From a virus (Duplodnaviria; Heunggongvirae; Uroviricota; Caudoviricetes), in the IMG/VR virus record IMGVR_UViG_3300037419_001521: 64,000 nucleotides of DNA; one strand, written 5' to 3'. The first letter of the stretch is position 1. Each line of letters begins with the position of its first letter. Positions 9,997 through 17,507 of the stretch are shown in pieces. The notes beneath the pieces were generated by a model that saw only the letters and a program-made list of their open reading frames with translations, was not told where the DNA came from and searched no databases. A program made the position numbers and the translations under genes.

Positions 9997-10740
9997 GTGA
10001 AATTCGGTCTCAACCCCACCCCTCCGGAAGCCGTTTCGCTGAAGCTGTCGAATTACCTCGACCTCGGCGCGCTTCCGAAGATTCCCGGCAGTTTCGGGCA
10101 TGAAAATATCCTCACCGATTACGGGATGCTGGCCAATGACCAGTACGGGGATTGCGTCGTCGCCGGTGCGTGTCACGAAGTGATGATCTGGAATGCCGCC
10201 GCAGGCCATCCGGTGCCGACCTTCACCGACGAAACCGCGCTGGCGGACTACTCGGCGATCACCGGATTCACGCCCGACGATCCGAGCACCGATCAGGGTA
10301 CCGACATGGCCGCCGCTGCGCGGTACCGGAAGAACACCGGCATCGTCGATGCGGCCGGTAACCGGCATAAAGTCGCTGCGTATCTGGCAATCGAGCCGGG
10401 CAACCTCCACGAGCTGGCGGCGGCGTCGTATCTGTTCGGAGCTGTCGGAATCGGCATCGAAGTCACCGACGTCGCGATGAATCAGTTCGAAAACGGCCAG
10501 CCTTGGAGCTACCGGCGCGGCGGAAATATCCTCGGCGGCCACTACGTGCCGATCGTCGCGAAGCGGCAGGGATATTACATCGCGGTCACCTGGGGAAAGC
10601 TCCAGAAAATGACGTGGGCGTTCTATGTCCAGCGCAGCATGACCGCAATCGCCTACGTATCCGAGGAATACCTCAACAACGGCGTTTCGCCCGAGGGATT
10701 CAACAAAACAGCGCTGCTGCGCGACCTCGGACGACTGTAA
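9997..10740 (+). CDS. C39/papain-like cysteine peptidase-domain protein (lysis-associated)
   Basis: Q-x3-DCVVAGACHEVM resembles the Cys motif of C39-like peptidases. Downstream GGHYVPIV is His-motif-like. GTG start 3 nt after the endolysin stop, with an AAGGA RBS. Confidence 0.45.
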   Translation: MKFGLNPTPPEAVSLKLSNYLDLGALPKIPGSFGHENILTDYGMLANDQYGDCVVAGACHEVMIWNAAAGHPVPTFTDETALADYSAITGFTPDDPSTDQGTDMAAAARYRKNTGIVDAAGNRHKVAAYLAIEPGNLHELAAASYLFGAVGIGIEVTDVAMNQFENGQPWSYRRGGNILGGHYVPIVAKRQGYYIAVTWGKLQKMTWAFYVQRSMTAIAYVSEEYLNNGVSPEGFNKTALLRDLGRL

Positions 10741-10756
10741 GAAAAGGAAAACATAT

Positions 10757-10990
10757 ATGCTGACCTACCTGAAGAGCCTGTGGGCGATGGAGCCTGTCCG
10801 CAGCGTTCTGTATACCGTCCTGACTGGCCTCGTCGGTATTCTGTTGATCAAGGCTGGCTTTACGTCGAATGTCGGTGATCTGATCGACGCGATTATCGCC
10901 GCTGTGCTCGGAATTCCGGCCACTGAAATCGTTCGCTCGCAGGTTTGGCCCTCCGCGAAGGTAGCTGCGATCACCGCTCCGAAGGTGTGA
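10757..10990 (+). CDS. holin-like small membrane protein
   Basis: 77 aa with two hydrophobic segments. Strong RBS (GAAAAGGAAA). Immediately follows the lysin genes. Confidence 0.5.
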   Translation: MLTYLKSLWAMEPVRSVLYTVLTGLVGILLIKAGFTSNVGDLIDAIIAAVLGIPATEIVRSQVWPSAKVAAITAPKV

Positions 10991-10991
10991 T

Positions 10992-11309
10992 GTGACTACC
11001 GGCCTCGCTACAGCGATCCTGACGTTGCTTGTCGGGAGTGACATCCTGCAAGTACTCGCCAGTCTGTGGGCTACCCGGCGCAAACGTGGGGCTGATACCG
11101 CAAGCGAATTAGCTAAGAACGCATTAGCGCAGGTGACCAGCCTGCAAGAGCGCTACGGCGCAATGGAGCGTAAATACGATTCGCTCGAGGAGGATATCCG
11201 GAAATTCCGGGAGGCACTTTATCCACACCAGCGGTGGGACATGCTCGCCCACAAGGAGGCGCTGAAAAGTGATCCCAATTTCCCGTCCCCGCCCGAGTTG
11301 TTCATCTGA
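10992..11309 (+). CDS. membrane protein with N-terminal TM and coiled coil (lysis-associated)
   Basis: GTG start 1 nt after the holin stop. N-terminal TM segment followed by a charged coiled-coil region. Confidence 0.4.
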   Translation: MTTGLATAILTLLVGSDILQVLASLWATRRKRGADTASELAKNALAQVTSLQERYGAMERKYDSLEEDIRKFREALYPHQRWDMLAHKEALKSDPNFPSPPELFI

Positions 11310-11346
11310 GCGCCCGCACACCCCTATTCATCAGAACTGAGATTTC

Positions 11347-11739
11347 ATGTCATACGATTCCAATACCGGTATCCGTGACGGTCAGCCTTTCGAATTCAAG
11401 GCCGCTGCCGCCGAGACCGCTTCCACCACCCACGCTGTCGCGCACCTCACCGGGGCGTCCGTCGCTTCGATCACCGTCAAGGTCACCGCCGCGTCCGGCA
11501 CCACTCCGACTCTGCTCGTCACTGTCGAGGGCTCCGACGACGGCAGCACTTGGTACACCCTCGGCCAGATCGGCGCGAACGGTAGCGCTGTCGGTGCCAC
11601 TGCGACCGCCCCGACGAACTTCACCACCTCTGCGACCGGCCGAGGCGCTTTCGTGGTCCCCGAGTTCATCCGGACGCGCTCTACGATCGGCGGCACCACC
11701 CCGAGCTTCACCTATTCGGTCGAGGCCGTTCTGTCCTGA
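11347..11739 (+). CDS. hypothetical Ser/Thr/Gly-rich protein
   Basis: 130-aa ORF with GC-rich third codon positions. Followed by a strong terminator. Confidence 0.45.
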   Translation: MSYDSNTGIRDGQPFEFKAAAAETASTTHAVAHLTGASVASITVKVTAASGTTPTLLVTVEGSDDGSTWYTLGQIGANGSAVGATATAPTNFTTSATGRGAFVVPEFIRTRSTIGGTTPSFTYSVEAVLS

Positions 11740-11750
11740 TGTCCAACCTA

Positions 11751-11800
11751 AGAACCCCCCCGGCCTCAGTAGTTATCTACCGGCCGGGGGGGTTCTTTTC
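11751..11800 (+). terminator. intrinsic terminator T0 (first unit of the hairpin array)
   Basis: AGAACCCCCCCGGCC / GGCCGGGGGGGTTCT inverted repeat followed by TTTTCG. Confidence 0.7.
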
Positions 11801-11904
11801 GTTGACCGAAACTTGCTACCACGCGCACTTCGGTCGTCCCGCCCGCCACATCCCATCGCGTCGAGTCGGGACACTCACCATACAGTCTCCGACACCCTCG
11901 GGTC

Positions 11905-11941
11905 CACCGGATTGACCCCCTCGCAACGCATCCGGTAGCCT
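11905..11941 (+). promoter_or_regulatory. promoter-like P0 (-10 TAGCCT at 11936-11941)
   Basis: CCCTCGCAACGCATCCGGTAGCCTGACGGCG is homologous to the P1 block. The -10 fits TANNNT. Confidence 0.4.
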
Positions 11942-12043
11942 GACGGCGAACGAGGGTTCGGACAGCTACATGAGGCCGAGGGCCAGCAGGACGATGCACG
12001 TTTCCGCCAGGACCGAAGTCGCATCCCGACCAGTTCACGAGGT

Positions 12044-12098
12044 AGACCCCCGGTATCGGTGAAGTTATCTGTCCTTCATCGCCGCCGGGGGTCTTTTC
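12044..12098 (+). terminator. terminator T1
   Basis: AGACCCCCGG ... CCGGGGGTCTTTTCG. Stem extended by TATCGGTGAAG / CTTCATCG. Confidence 0.65.
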
Positions 12099-12099
12099 G

Positions 12100-12136
12100 C
12101 GTATCCCCCTGCGACGCAGCAACTTCCTGGTATCCT
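12100..12136 (+). promoter_or_regulatory. promoter-like P1 (extended -10 TGGTATCCT)
   Basis: TGnTANNNT extended -10 at 12128-12136, about 30 nt after the T1 T-tract. Confidence 0.45.
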
Positions 12137-12244
12137 GACGGCGTGTCTCCGATAGGCACTGCGTGCGACCTGCCCGACCGGATATATTTCCGGCCCGTCA
12201 GGACCGACTAGTTGATGATGAGGGCGGGCACTTCGCACTAAGGG

Positions 12245-12293
12245 AGACCCCCGGCTGTGAACTGCGAACAACTCTCCAGTCGGGGGTCTTTTC
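12245..12293 (+). terminator. terminator T2
   Basis: AGACCCCCGGCTG ... CAGTCGGGGGTCTTTTC. Confidence 0.65.
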
Positions 12294-12299
12294 ATGAAT

Positions 12300-12331
12300 T
12301 CGCCTGCGCCGCAGCAGGTTCCTGGTATTCT
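12300..12331 (+). promoter_or_regulatory. promoter-like P2 (extended -10 TGGTATTCT)
   Basis: GCGCCGCAGCAGGTTCCTGGTATTCTGA is homologous to P1. Confidence 0.45.
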
Positions 12332-12426
12332 GATGAGGTGCCCCAGATGGGTACACGGCCTATCTTCCCGTTCAAGCGCATCTGTAATCGACAACCGAGC
12401 CGAGCGGGCTCTGGCCATCATGAGGG

Positions 12427-12476
12427 AGACCCCCGGTGTGTGGACGCAATGCCCGCTTTCGGCCGGGGGTCTTTTC
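12427..12476 (+). terminator. terminator T3
   Basis: AGACCCCCGG ... GGCCGGGGGTCTTTTC. Confidence 0.65.
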
Positions 12477-12479
12477 ATA

Positions 12480-12509
12480 TTGACTGCCCCGCAACACTTC
12501 CGATAACCT
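12480..12509 (+). promoter_or_regulatory. promoter-like P3 (-10 TAACCT)
   Basis: CCGCAACACTTCCGATAACCTGACA is a degenerate copy of the P1 block. Confidence 0.35.
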
Positions 12510-12550
12510 GACACTGCTTGTCTCCGTTCGCTCGGATCAGGCGTCGCACA

Positions 12551-12604
12551 AGACCCCCGGTTCGATGAAGATCCCTATGCCTTCATCGAACCGGGGGTCT
12601 TTTC
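12551..12604 (+). terminator. terminator T4
   Basis: Perfect 16-bp stem CCCCGGTTCGATGAAG / CTTCATCGAACCGGGG followed by TCTTTTCG. Confidence 0.7.
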
Positions 12605-12605
12605 G

Positions 12606-12640
12606 TGTATCCACGCGCAGCGCAGTGCTTCTGGTAGACT
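12606..12640 (+). promoter_or_regulatory. promoter-like P4 (extended -10 TGGTAGACT)
   Basis: CGCGCAGCGCAGTGCTTCTGGTAGACTCGGA is homologous to P1. Confidence 0.45.
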
Positions 12641-12684
12641 CGGAGTATCAGCACAGTTACGCTGATCTGAAGGAGAACCCGCAG

Positions 12685-12750
12685 GTGTGGGTTGTGCTCA
12701 TGGAGCACATCCGCCAGTGCGCGGAGTACAGCCGCCGCATTGACGCATGA
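12685..12750 (+). CDS. possible 21-aa micro-ORF inside array unit 4
   Basis: AAGGAGAA RBS 9 nt before GTG 12685 (VWVVLMEHIRQCAEYSRRIDA). Stop falls inside the T5 hairpin. Not conserved in other units. Confidence 0.25.
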   Translation: MWVVLMEHIRQCAEYSRRIDA

Positions 12751-12793
12751 CCCCCGGTTTCGGTAGCTGCCCTACTGGAGCCGGGGGTTTTTC
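12749..12793 (+). terminator. terminator T5
   Basis: GACCCCCGG ... CCGGGGGTTTTTC. Confidence 0.6.
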
Positions 12794-12878
12794 GGTATCA
12801 TTGCGACCGGCTGCTCATCAGATATGCGGCGGCCCGACGTGAGATCAAAAGCCCTCGGCGCAGGGTTCTCACACCTTC

Positions 12879-12934
12879 AGACCCCCGGTATCGGTGGAGC
12901 ACACGCCCGCTTCATCGCCGCCGGGGGTCTTTTC
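12879..12934 (+). terminator. terminator T6
   Basis: AGACCCCCGGTATCGGTGGAG ... CTTCATCGCCGCCGGGGGTCTTTTCG. Near-copy of T1. Confidence 0.65.
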
Positions 12935-13503
12935 GTGTGTTACAGTCCTAGATACAAGTCGGCCCCGGAAGGTGCTCCAACACCAACCAGGGCCTGGGTG
13001 AGAATCTAGACCGAGGCAGATTCAGCACCGTAGGACCAGATCCTACCAATGATTCTGGCTATCAGCCAATCTCTCCCACTTGCGTCACTGACGCGTGTCT
13101 GCGTGCTGCGACCCGCCGTTCCGGTATGGGCGAGCCCGTCGTGTGTCGGTGACTGCTGCCCGCACGACGGAAGGGAGATTCATTCGCGCCTTGACGACAG
13201 GCGTTATAGGCACGTTCGCCTCAAACCAACAGCCCCGGTAGATGTCTCTAACGAAAGCCTGCGGTACCGGTCGCAGGGCCGTCGACCTGGCCTGATCAGC
13301 TGCGTCGCCGGTGAACTGAAGCCTTGCGCCCACCCGGACGTGAGGCTATCGGCGCTGGGTTGGCAAGCGGAGACGGACAATTGGGATGGCACGGCCTGGG
13401 ATGGCCAACTTGACAAGCATTTATTCCTATCCAGACCCCAGCCCTTGTCCGCTTCGATCGAATACAGTTATAAATGGCTAACAGTCAGCGAAAGGACTGA
13501 GAC

Positions 13504-13866
13504 GTGACCAGATCGGTCAAATTCAATCGACGCTCCCCGCACCAGCGACCCACTACCCCCTGCTTGTGGTGTGGCACGGAAGTACGCGGAGGGCAGGCAT
13601 CCTATTGCCATGACACTCACCGCGAAGCCGCACGCAAAGCTCGTCGCCGCCGCAAAGATTGGAAGAACGGCGGCCTGACCGGATGCGACATGCCGGACGA
13701 GCCCAGTTACGCCGACCGGGGGCTAGCCGTCAGCGCCAGCCGTGCCAGCGGGCTCGAGATCTTCGTCTGCAAGTGCGGAGAGTACCACGTCGTTCCTGTT
13801 GGGGCCGGAGGTGAATCGCCGGAGTTTTACACATGGAAGCCGAACCCTAATAGACGTCAGGAGTAG
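13504..13866 (+). CDS. hypothetical zinc-ribbon protein
   Basis: 120-aa ORF with CLWCG...CHDTH and CKCGEYH motifs. Confidence 0.45.
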   Translation: MTRSVKFNRRSPHQRPTTPCLWCGTEVRGGQASYCHDTHREAARKARRRRKDWKNGGLTGCDMPDEPSYADRGLAVSASRASGLEIFVCKCGEYHVVPVGAGGESPEFYTWKPNPNRRQE

Positions 13867-13974
13867 GCAAGCCTGAGTTGGGGTTGATTTGTGGGCAACA
13901 CTGGGTATCCGTGGGGTGTAACACCCTAACCTCACTTACGATTCAAGCGATGACTGAACACACAGGAGATCAGC

Positions 13975-14526
13975 ATGGCAAAGAAGGTGATCGTCACTCA
14001 TCAGGCGATCGACGATCTAGACGGCAAAGAGCTAGGCCCGGAAGACGACGGTAAGACCGTTCACTGGTCCATCGAAGGGGAACACCTCGAGATGGAGCTG
14101 TCCGAGGCCAACAGGCAGCTATTCCTCGCCGACATGGAGAAGTGGAGACGTATCTCCCGACCGGATGGTGCACCTCGGCGCAAAGACGAAGCCGCTAAGC
14201 CGATCAGCACTACAACAGGCCCACTCGGGGAGCTTCTGCCGGATGCCAAACGCGTTGCCCCCCAAGGCAAAAAGGCTAAGGCGGCACCGACAGGCAAGGC
14301 CAAACGAGATAAGACCAGATGGCGTGTCGGCATCCGCACCTGGGCCGCAGAGAACGGTATCGACTGCCCCGCGACGGGCCGTGTGCCGAGGACAGTCACG
14401 GACGCTTGGGACAGAGCGCATCCAAAAGAAGCGGCAGCGATCCACAAAAAGGTGGCAGCCGCCAAAGGCGCAAAAGAGCACGACCTACTCAGCATGGATG
14501 AAGACAGCGAGGACGCAGCAGCATGA
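13975..14526 (+). CDS. Lsr2-like nucleoid-associated DNA-binding protein
   Basis: N-terminus MAKKVIVTHQAIDDLDGKELG..TVHWSIEGEHLEMELSEAN matches the Lsr2 dimerisation domain. C-terminus IRTWAAENGIDCPATGRVPRTVTDAWDRAH matches the Lsr2 RGR DNA-binding motif. AGGAG RBS. Confidence 0.75.
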   Translation: MAKKVIVTHQAIDDLDGKELGPEDDGKTVHWSIEGEHLEMELSEANRQLFLADMEKWRRISRPDGAPRRKDEAAKPISTTTGPLGELLPDAKRVAPQGKKAKAAPTGKAKRDKTRWRVGIRTWAAENGIDCPATGRVPRTVTDAWDRAHPKEAAAIHKKVAAAKGAKEHDLLSMDEDSEDAAA

Positions 14527-15092
14527 CGAACAATCGAGTGAAGAGCGCCATCCCCTCCGGGATCAAGTGCCGAAGGAACGGGCAGCATACCTGGGACGAG
14601 ACCGGTGACGCGGGCATAGAAATCAAGGGGGACGCCGCGCTCTACATCCGATTCAAGTGCCTCAACAACTGCGGCGGAATCAAAACGAGACGCTGGACCG
14701 CAGACGGCGTGCGCGCTACCTGGGAAGAGTCCGCAGCAGACAAGATCACCTACACCGACCCCAGCTACCTGCTGAAGAAGACCGCCGACGAAGATATCGA
14801 CGAACTCAAAGGCGCGCTCCAGACCGCGATCAGCCAGGCGGTGGTTCAGATGTGCGACCCGAAGGGCACGCTGTCGAAGCCCACCAAGAAGACTCCAGCC
14901 AAGAAGACGGCCGCCAAGAAGGTCACAGCTAAGACGGTCACGGCCAAGAAGGTCGCCGAGGCGGAGCCATTGAAGCGCGCCAGTGAGCGCAAGCCTGCGG
15001 CCCGAACCTCCCGCAAGCCGGTGGAGCCGGTCGGCGGCCGGAAGACTGCCGCGAAGCAGCCGACGAGTAGACGCGCCAAGCAGTCGGCGTAA
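14523..15092 (+). CDS. DNA-binding protein with histone H1/HupB-like Lys/Ala-rich tail
   Basis: C-terminal PTKKTPAKKTAAKKVTAKTVTAKKVAE repeats. ATGA overlap with the Lsr2-like gene. Confidence 0.55.
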   Translation: MTNNRVKSAIPSGIKCRRNGQHTWDETGDAGIEIKGDAALYIRFKCLNNCGGIKTRRWTADGVRATWEESAADKITYTDPSYLLKKTADEDIDELKGALQTAISQAVVQMCDPKGTLSKPTKKTPAKKTAAKKVTAKTVTAKKVAEAEPLKRASERKPAARTSRKPVEPVGGRKTAAKQPTSRRAKQSA

Positions 15093-15095
15093 AGC

Positions 15096-15147
15096 AAAAC
15101 CCCCGGCTCCTGCGGATCGATTGAGATCCTGTGGAACACCGGGGGTT
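15096..15147 (-). terminator. stem-loop terminator serving the leftward block (possibly bidirectional)
   Basis: AAAACCCCCGGCTCC...CACCGGGGGTT. On the minus strand it is followed by a TTTTGCTTT tract. Confidence 0.55.
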
Positions 15148-15209
15148 AGCTGTATGCCCTGGGGCCAGCCGAGTTATGTCACGTGACGGAATTGGCCGGC
15201 TGGGACCCG

Positions 15210-15452
15210 TCAGATGCGGGTATGCTCCTTCCCGTCGTCGTCCCATCCGACAGGCTTGACCGACTCCGGGCCGTTCTCGATTGCGCGCGTCAGGCGGCGA
15301 GCGGCCAAACCCACCTGCTCCTCCGAATACTCCTGCTCGGCCGCAGCGTGCGCGGATTCCTCCGCCTTCTCGGCAGACAGGAAACGCAGGACGGCTTGCA
15401 CCAGCTCGTTGTGAGCTGCGTAGAACTCGCCCAATCCATCCGGGTTGCGCAT
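15210..15452 (-). CDS. small acidic protein, paralogue A (related to 18031-18267)
   Basis: C-terminus GLAARRLTRAIENGPESVKPVGWDDD aligns with ALAARALTEAVDILPDDSKPVGWIRD in the paralogue. Start at ATG with a GGGGAA RBS. Confidence 0.5.
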   Translation of the reverse strand: MRNPDGLGEFYAAHNELVQAVLRFLSAEKAEESAHAAAEQEYSEEQVGLAARRLTRAIENGPESVKPVGWDDDGKEHTRI

Positions 15453-15478
15453 CTCGTTCCCCTGCTTCTGAACGGCAA

Positions 15479-15754
15479 TCACCAGATGATCACCAGCTTC
15501 TGATAGTCGTGCACGTCGTTGATGCAGACCGCGTACCGAGCCCCGCTGTTGATCGCCGAGGAAAGCCTCTGCTGGCACTCGTACGGCAGCAGGAACCCGT
15601 GCTCTTCCCGTGTCCCCGGCTTCGGCTTCTGGAACCCTCCTGCGGAGCCGGTACCGCCGATGGGGCCAGGATCAGCCCCGGCGATTCCCACCGCGCCAGC
15701 AGTGGCCGCGACCGCCGAGAATGCAACGGCGGCGATCGTCTTCTTGATGTTCAT
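15479..15754 (-). CDS. small secreted protein (signal peptide plus about 65-aa mature part with two Cys)
   Basis: MNIKKTIAAVAFSAVAATAGAVGIAGA-DPG is a classical signal peptide. GAAGAGGAAA RBS. Lies inside a longer spurious ORF. Confidence 0.6.
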   Translation of the reverse strand: MNIKKTIAAVAFSAVAATAGAVGIAGADPGPIGGTGSAGGFQKPKPGTREEHGFLLPYECQQRLSSAINSGARYAVCINDVHDYQKLVIIW

Positions 15755-15834
15755 TCGATTTCCTCTTCCCCCCGAAGGGTGTGGGTTGCCGACAAATCGT
15801 ATCATCGGCGAAATATATTGCGGTGTAACGATTC

Positions 15835-16530
15835 TCAGCTCCACAGCTGAGGCATGATGTCGACGAAGTCTTTGCGCGCCTGCTGGATTCGAGCGTCGTA
15901 CTCCAATTCGCGCTGACGCCTGGCTTCGGACGCGGCCCTTTCTTCCGGCGCCGACCGCCGCCGTGTATGCCGCGCGATAGTGCCATCTTCGCGATAGACC
16001 GGCTGGAAATCGTCGCCGTACAGCTGCCGCGCCTTCGCGAAGACGGCCATTTCCTCGTCGGTGTAGGTCGGCCGCCCCTCTCCGAGTCGGTTGATCAGAT
16101 CCTCGTAAATCTCGCGTCGGGCTTCGCGGTCGGCGACCGAATAACCGAGGTGATAGCGAAGCGAAGCGATAGCCAGGTCGTTGAACGACGAATCGAACTC
16201 GTCGATGATCCAATCGATATCTTTCAGATACTTCGGCCCGTTCACGAGTTCGAGGTAGCTTTTCCCGAAGGTCTCGATATCGAGGGTCAGGCCGAACGAC
16301 AACAGCAGCTGCCAGCCCTGGGTTCGAGTGCGCCCGAACCGAAATCGCGGATCGATGTCATAATCGAAACGCTCGCGCAGAGTGACGGAAAGCGCCCTCC
16401 CGAAGTAAACGGTCCAGCTGAAGTGTGAACGCTCTCGCTCGAATCGGATCTTAGAAAGCTTCAATCCGATGGTCCACGCGCCGACAGCCGTGCAGATACC
16501 GAGCGCTACTGAGATGATCATGACCTTCAA
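15835..16530 (-). CDS. membrane-anchored protein
   Basis: 231 aa. N-terminal TM (MKVMIISVALGICTAVGAWTIGL). Stop overlaps the next gene. Confidence 0.5.
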   Translation of the reverse strand: MKVMIISVALGICTAVGAWTIGLKLSKIRFERERSHFSWTVYFGRALSVTLRERFDYDIDPRFRFGRTRTQGWQLLLSFGLTLDIETFGKSYLELVNGPKYLKDIDWIIDEFDSSFNDLAIASLRYHLGYSVADREARREIYEDLINRLGEGRPTYTDEEMAVFAKARQLYGDDFQPVYREDGTIARHTRRRSAPEERAASEARRQRELEYDARIQQARKDFVDIMPQLWS

Positions 16531-16886
16531 TCCTCGAAGGGGTCGAGCAGTTCGTAGATGGATTCGGGGTCGCTGGCGTACCGGCGCATGAACTCCTCGA
16601 ATCGTTCGCGCGGGAGCCAGCCTTTCTGCTCGACGATTAGCCCGCTATCCTCCCACGACCCCTCGATGGGGTACTTCTCGAAGCGGTGCTCTACGGTCGT
16701 GCCGATCTTGTCCGCCCACTGAAGCCGCTCCTCGGGGGTACGCCGGTAGTCGTCGGGACTCGCGTTGGTGAGGTATTCCAGCATTTCCGCCCGCGTGCCA
16801 ACAAAGGTGGGTAGCTCGACGAATGAAGACCACTCCATGTACAGGTCGACATCCGGCGCGGCTTTGAAGATGCTTCTCTGGACCAT
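16527..16886 (-). CDS. hypothetical protein
   Basis: 119-aa ORF with ATGA coupling to the downstream gene. Confidence 0.5.
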   Translation of the reverse strand: MVQRSIFKAAPDVDLYMEWSSFVELPTFVGTRAEMLEYLTNASPDDYRRTPEERLQWADKIGTTVEHRFEKYPIEGSWEDSGLIVEQKGWLPRERFEEFMRRYASDPESIYELLDPFED

Positions 16887-16887
16887 G

Positions 16888-17238
16888 TCAGTTGAGCCGC
16901 TGGATTTGCACCTGGCCGAATTCGTTGACGATCAGCGTCGACCGGTGTTCCTTCTGAACGGCAGCGATGATCGCCCACCCGATACTCCAGATGCCACAGG
17001 TGAAGATCGTGAGGATCAGATGCAGGGTGTGGTTGCACTTCGAGCCACGCACGAGGACTGCGCTGACATCGGTTTGAGTCTCCACGCGCGCGCCCAGAGC
17101 AACCTCGCGGGTGATGGCATTGGCGAGCGCGAACCTGCGTTGCTCCATGGAGGCGACTGCCATTACGGGCGGGGGCGGCGGGGCGAACTGATCCCTCTGC
17201 GGGGGCGGCGGGACCTGCTGGCCAAATGGATTGGTCAC
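16888..17238 (-). CDS. Pro-rich protein with C-terminal TM
   Basis: Start placed at GTG 17238 after an AAAGGA RBS. PPPPQRDQFAPPPPP N-terminus and C-terminal hydrophobic segment LILTIFTCGIWSIGWAIIAAV. Confidence 0.4.
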   Translation of the reverse strand: MTNPFGQQVPPPPQRDQFAPPPPPVMAVASMEQRRFALANAITREVALGARVETQTDVSAVLVRGSKCNHTLHLILTIFTCGIWSIGWAIIAAVQKEHRSTLIVNEFGQVQIQRLN

Positions 17239-17507
17239 GGATATTCCTTTCGGATTGATTGAGAAATGGGCTTTGTTCTTTTCGCCCGTGGATGCCAGGC
17301 GATCGGCACCCACCAGCGGGTGTTGTTGGAAAGCTCCCCGAAGGGGCCTCGCGTCTTCCACGGCAACCACAACTGAACGCGGTCACGCCACCGGAATGCG
17401 ATAGTCAGCGAGCCCCACGGCGTCCCGAACTGAAGGCGCGAAGCTGCGCCATATTTGCGACACTCGGCGTCGAGCGCACAGAAATGCACAGACCAGTCTT
17501 TACTCAA
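17235..17507 (-). CDS. hypothetical Trp-rich protein
   Basis: 90-aa ORF overlapping its neighbours by 4 and 8 nt. Confidence 0.45.
   Translation of the reverse strand: MSKDWSVHFCALDAECRKYGAASRLQFGTPWGSLTIAFRWRDRVQLWLPWKTRGPFGELSNNTRWWVPIAWHPRAKRTKPISQSIRKEYP

Larger units (their letters stand above)
11751..12940 (+). repeat. tandem array of seven stem-loop/terminator units (gACCCCCGG..loop..CCGGGGGTCTTTTC) interleaved with extended -10 promoter-like motifs
   Basis: Seven copies of the GC-clamp hairpin, each with a T-tract, at 11751, 12044, 12245, 12427, 12551, 12749 and 12879. Conserved downstream blocks GCGACGCAGCA..TTCCTGGTAtCCTGA. No protein-like ORF conserved between units. Confidence 0.7.

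Noticed and set aside
12257-12750. ORFs 12257-12511, 12294-12506 and 12565-12750 spanning the hairpin array
   Set aside because: They run through several terminator hairpins and promoter blocks, are not conserved between units and lack an RBS. Only the 21-aa micro-ORF at 12685 has one.
11751-12940. A CRISPR array interpretation of the hairpin repeats
   Set aside because: The repeats are inverted (stem-loops), irregularly spaced (130-200 bp) and followed by T-tracts, and there is no repeat-spacer periodicity or cas gene.
11751-13500. tRNA or tmRNA genes in the non-coding region
   Set aside because: No GTTCGA-type T-loop with an acceptor stem or CCA context was found. The GGTTCGATG at 12560 is simply the hairpin stem.
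13049-13507. 152-aa ORF as a gene
   Set aside because: Cys/Arg-rich low-quality translation, no RBS, and it lies in a hairpin-rich non-coding stretch.
15479-16213. 244-aa minus-strand ORF as one gene
   Set aside because: Only the last 91 codons (from MNIKK with a strong RBS and a signal peptide) look real. The upstream part is an Arg/Gly-rich GC artefact overlapping the next gene.
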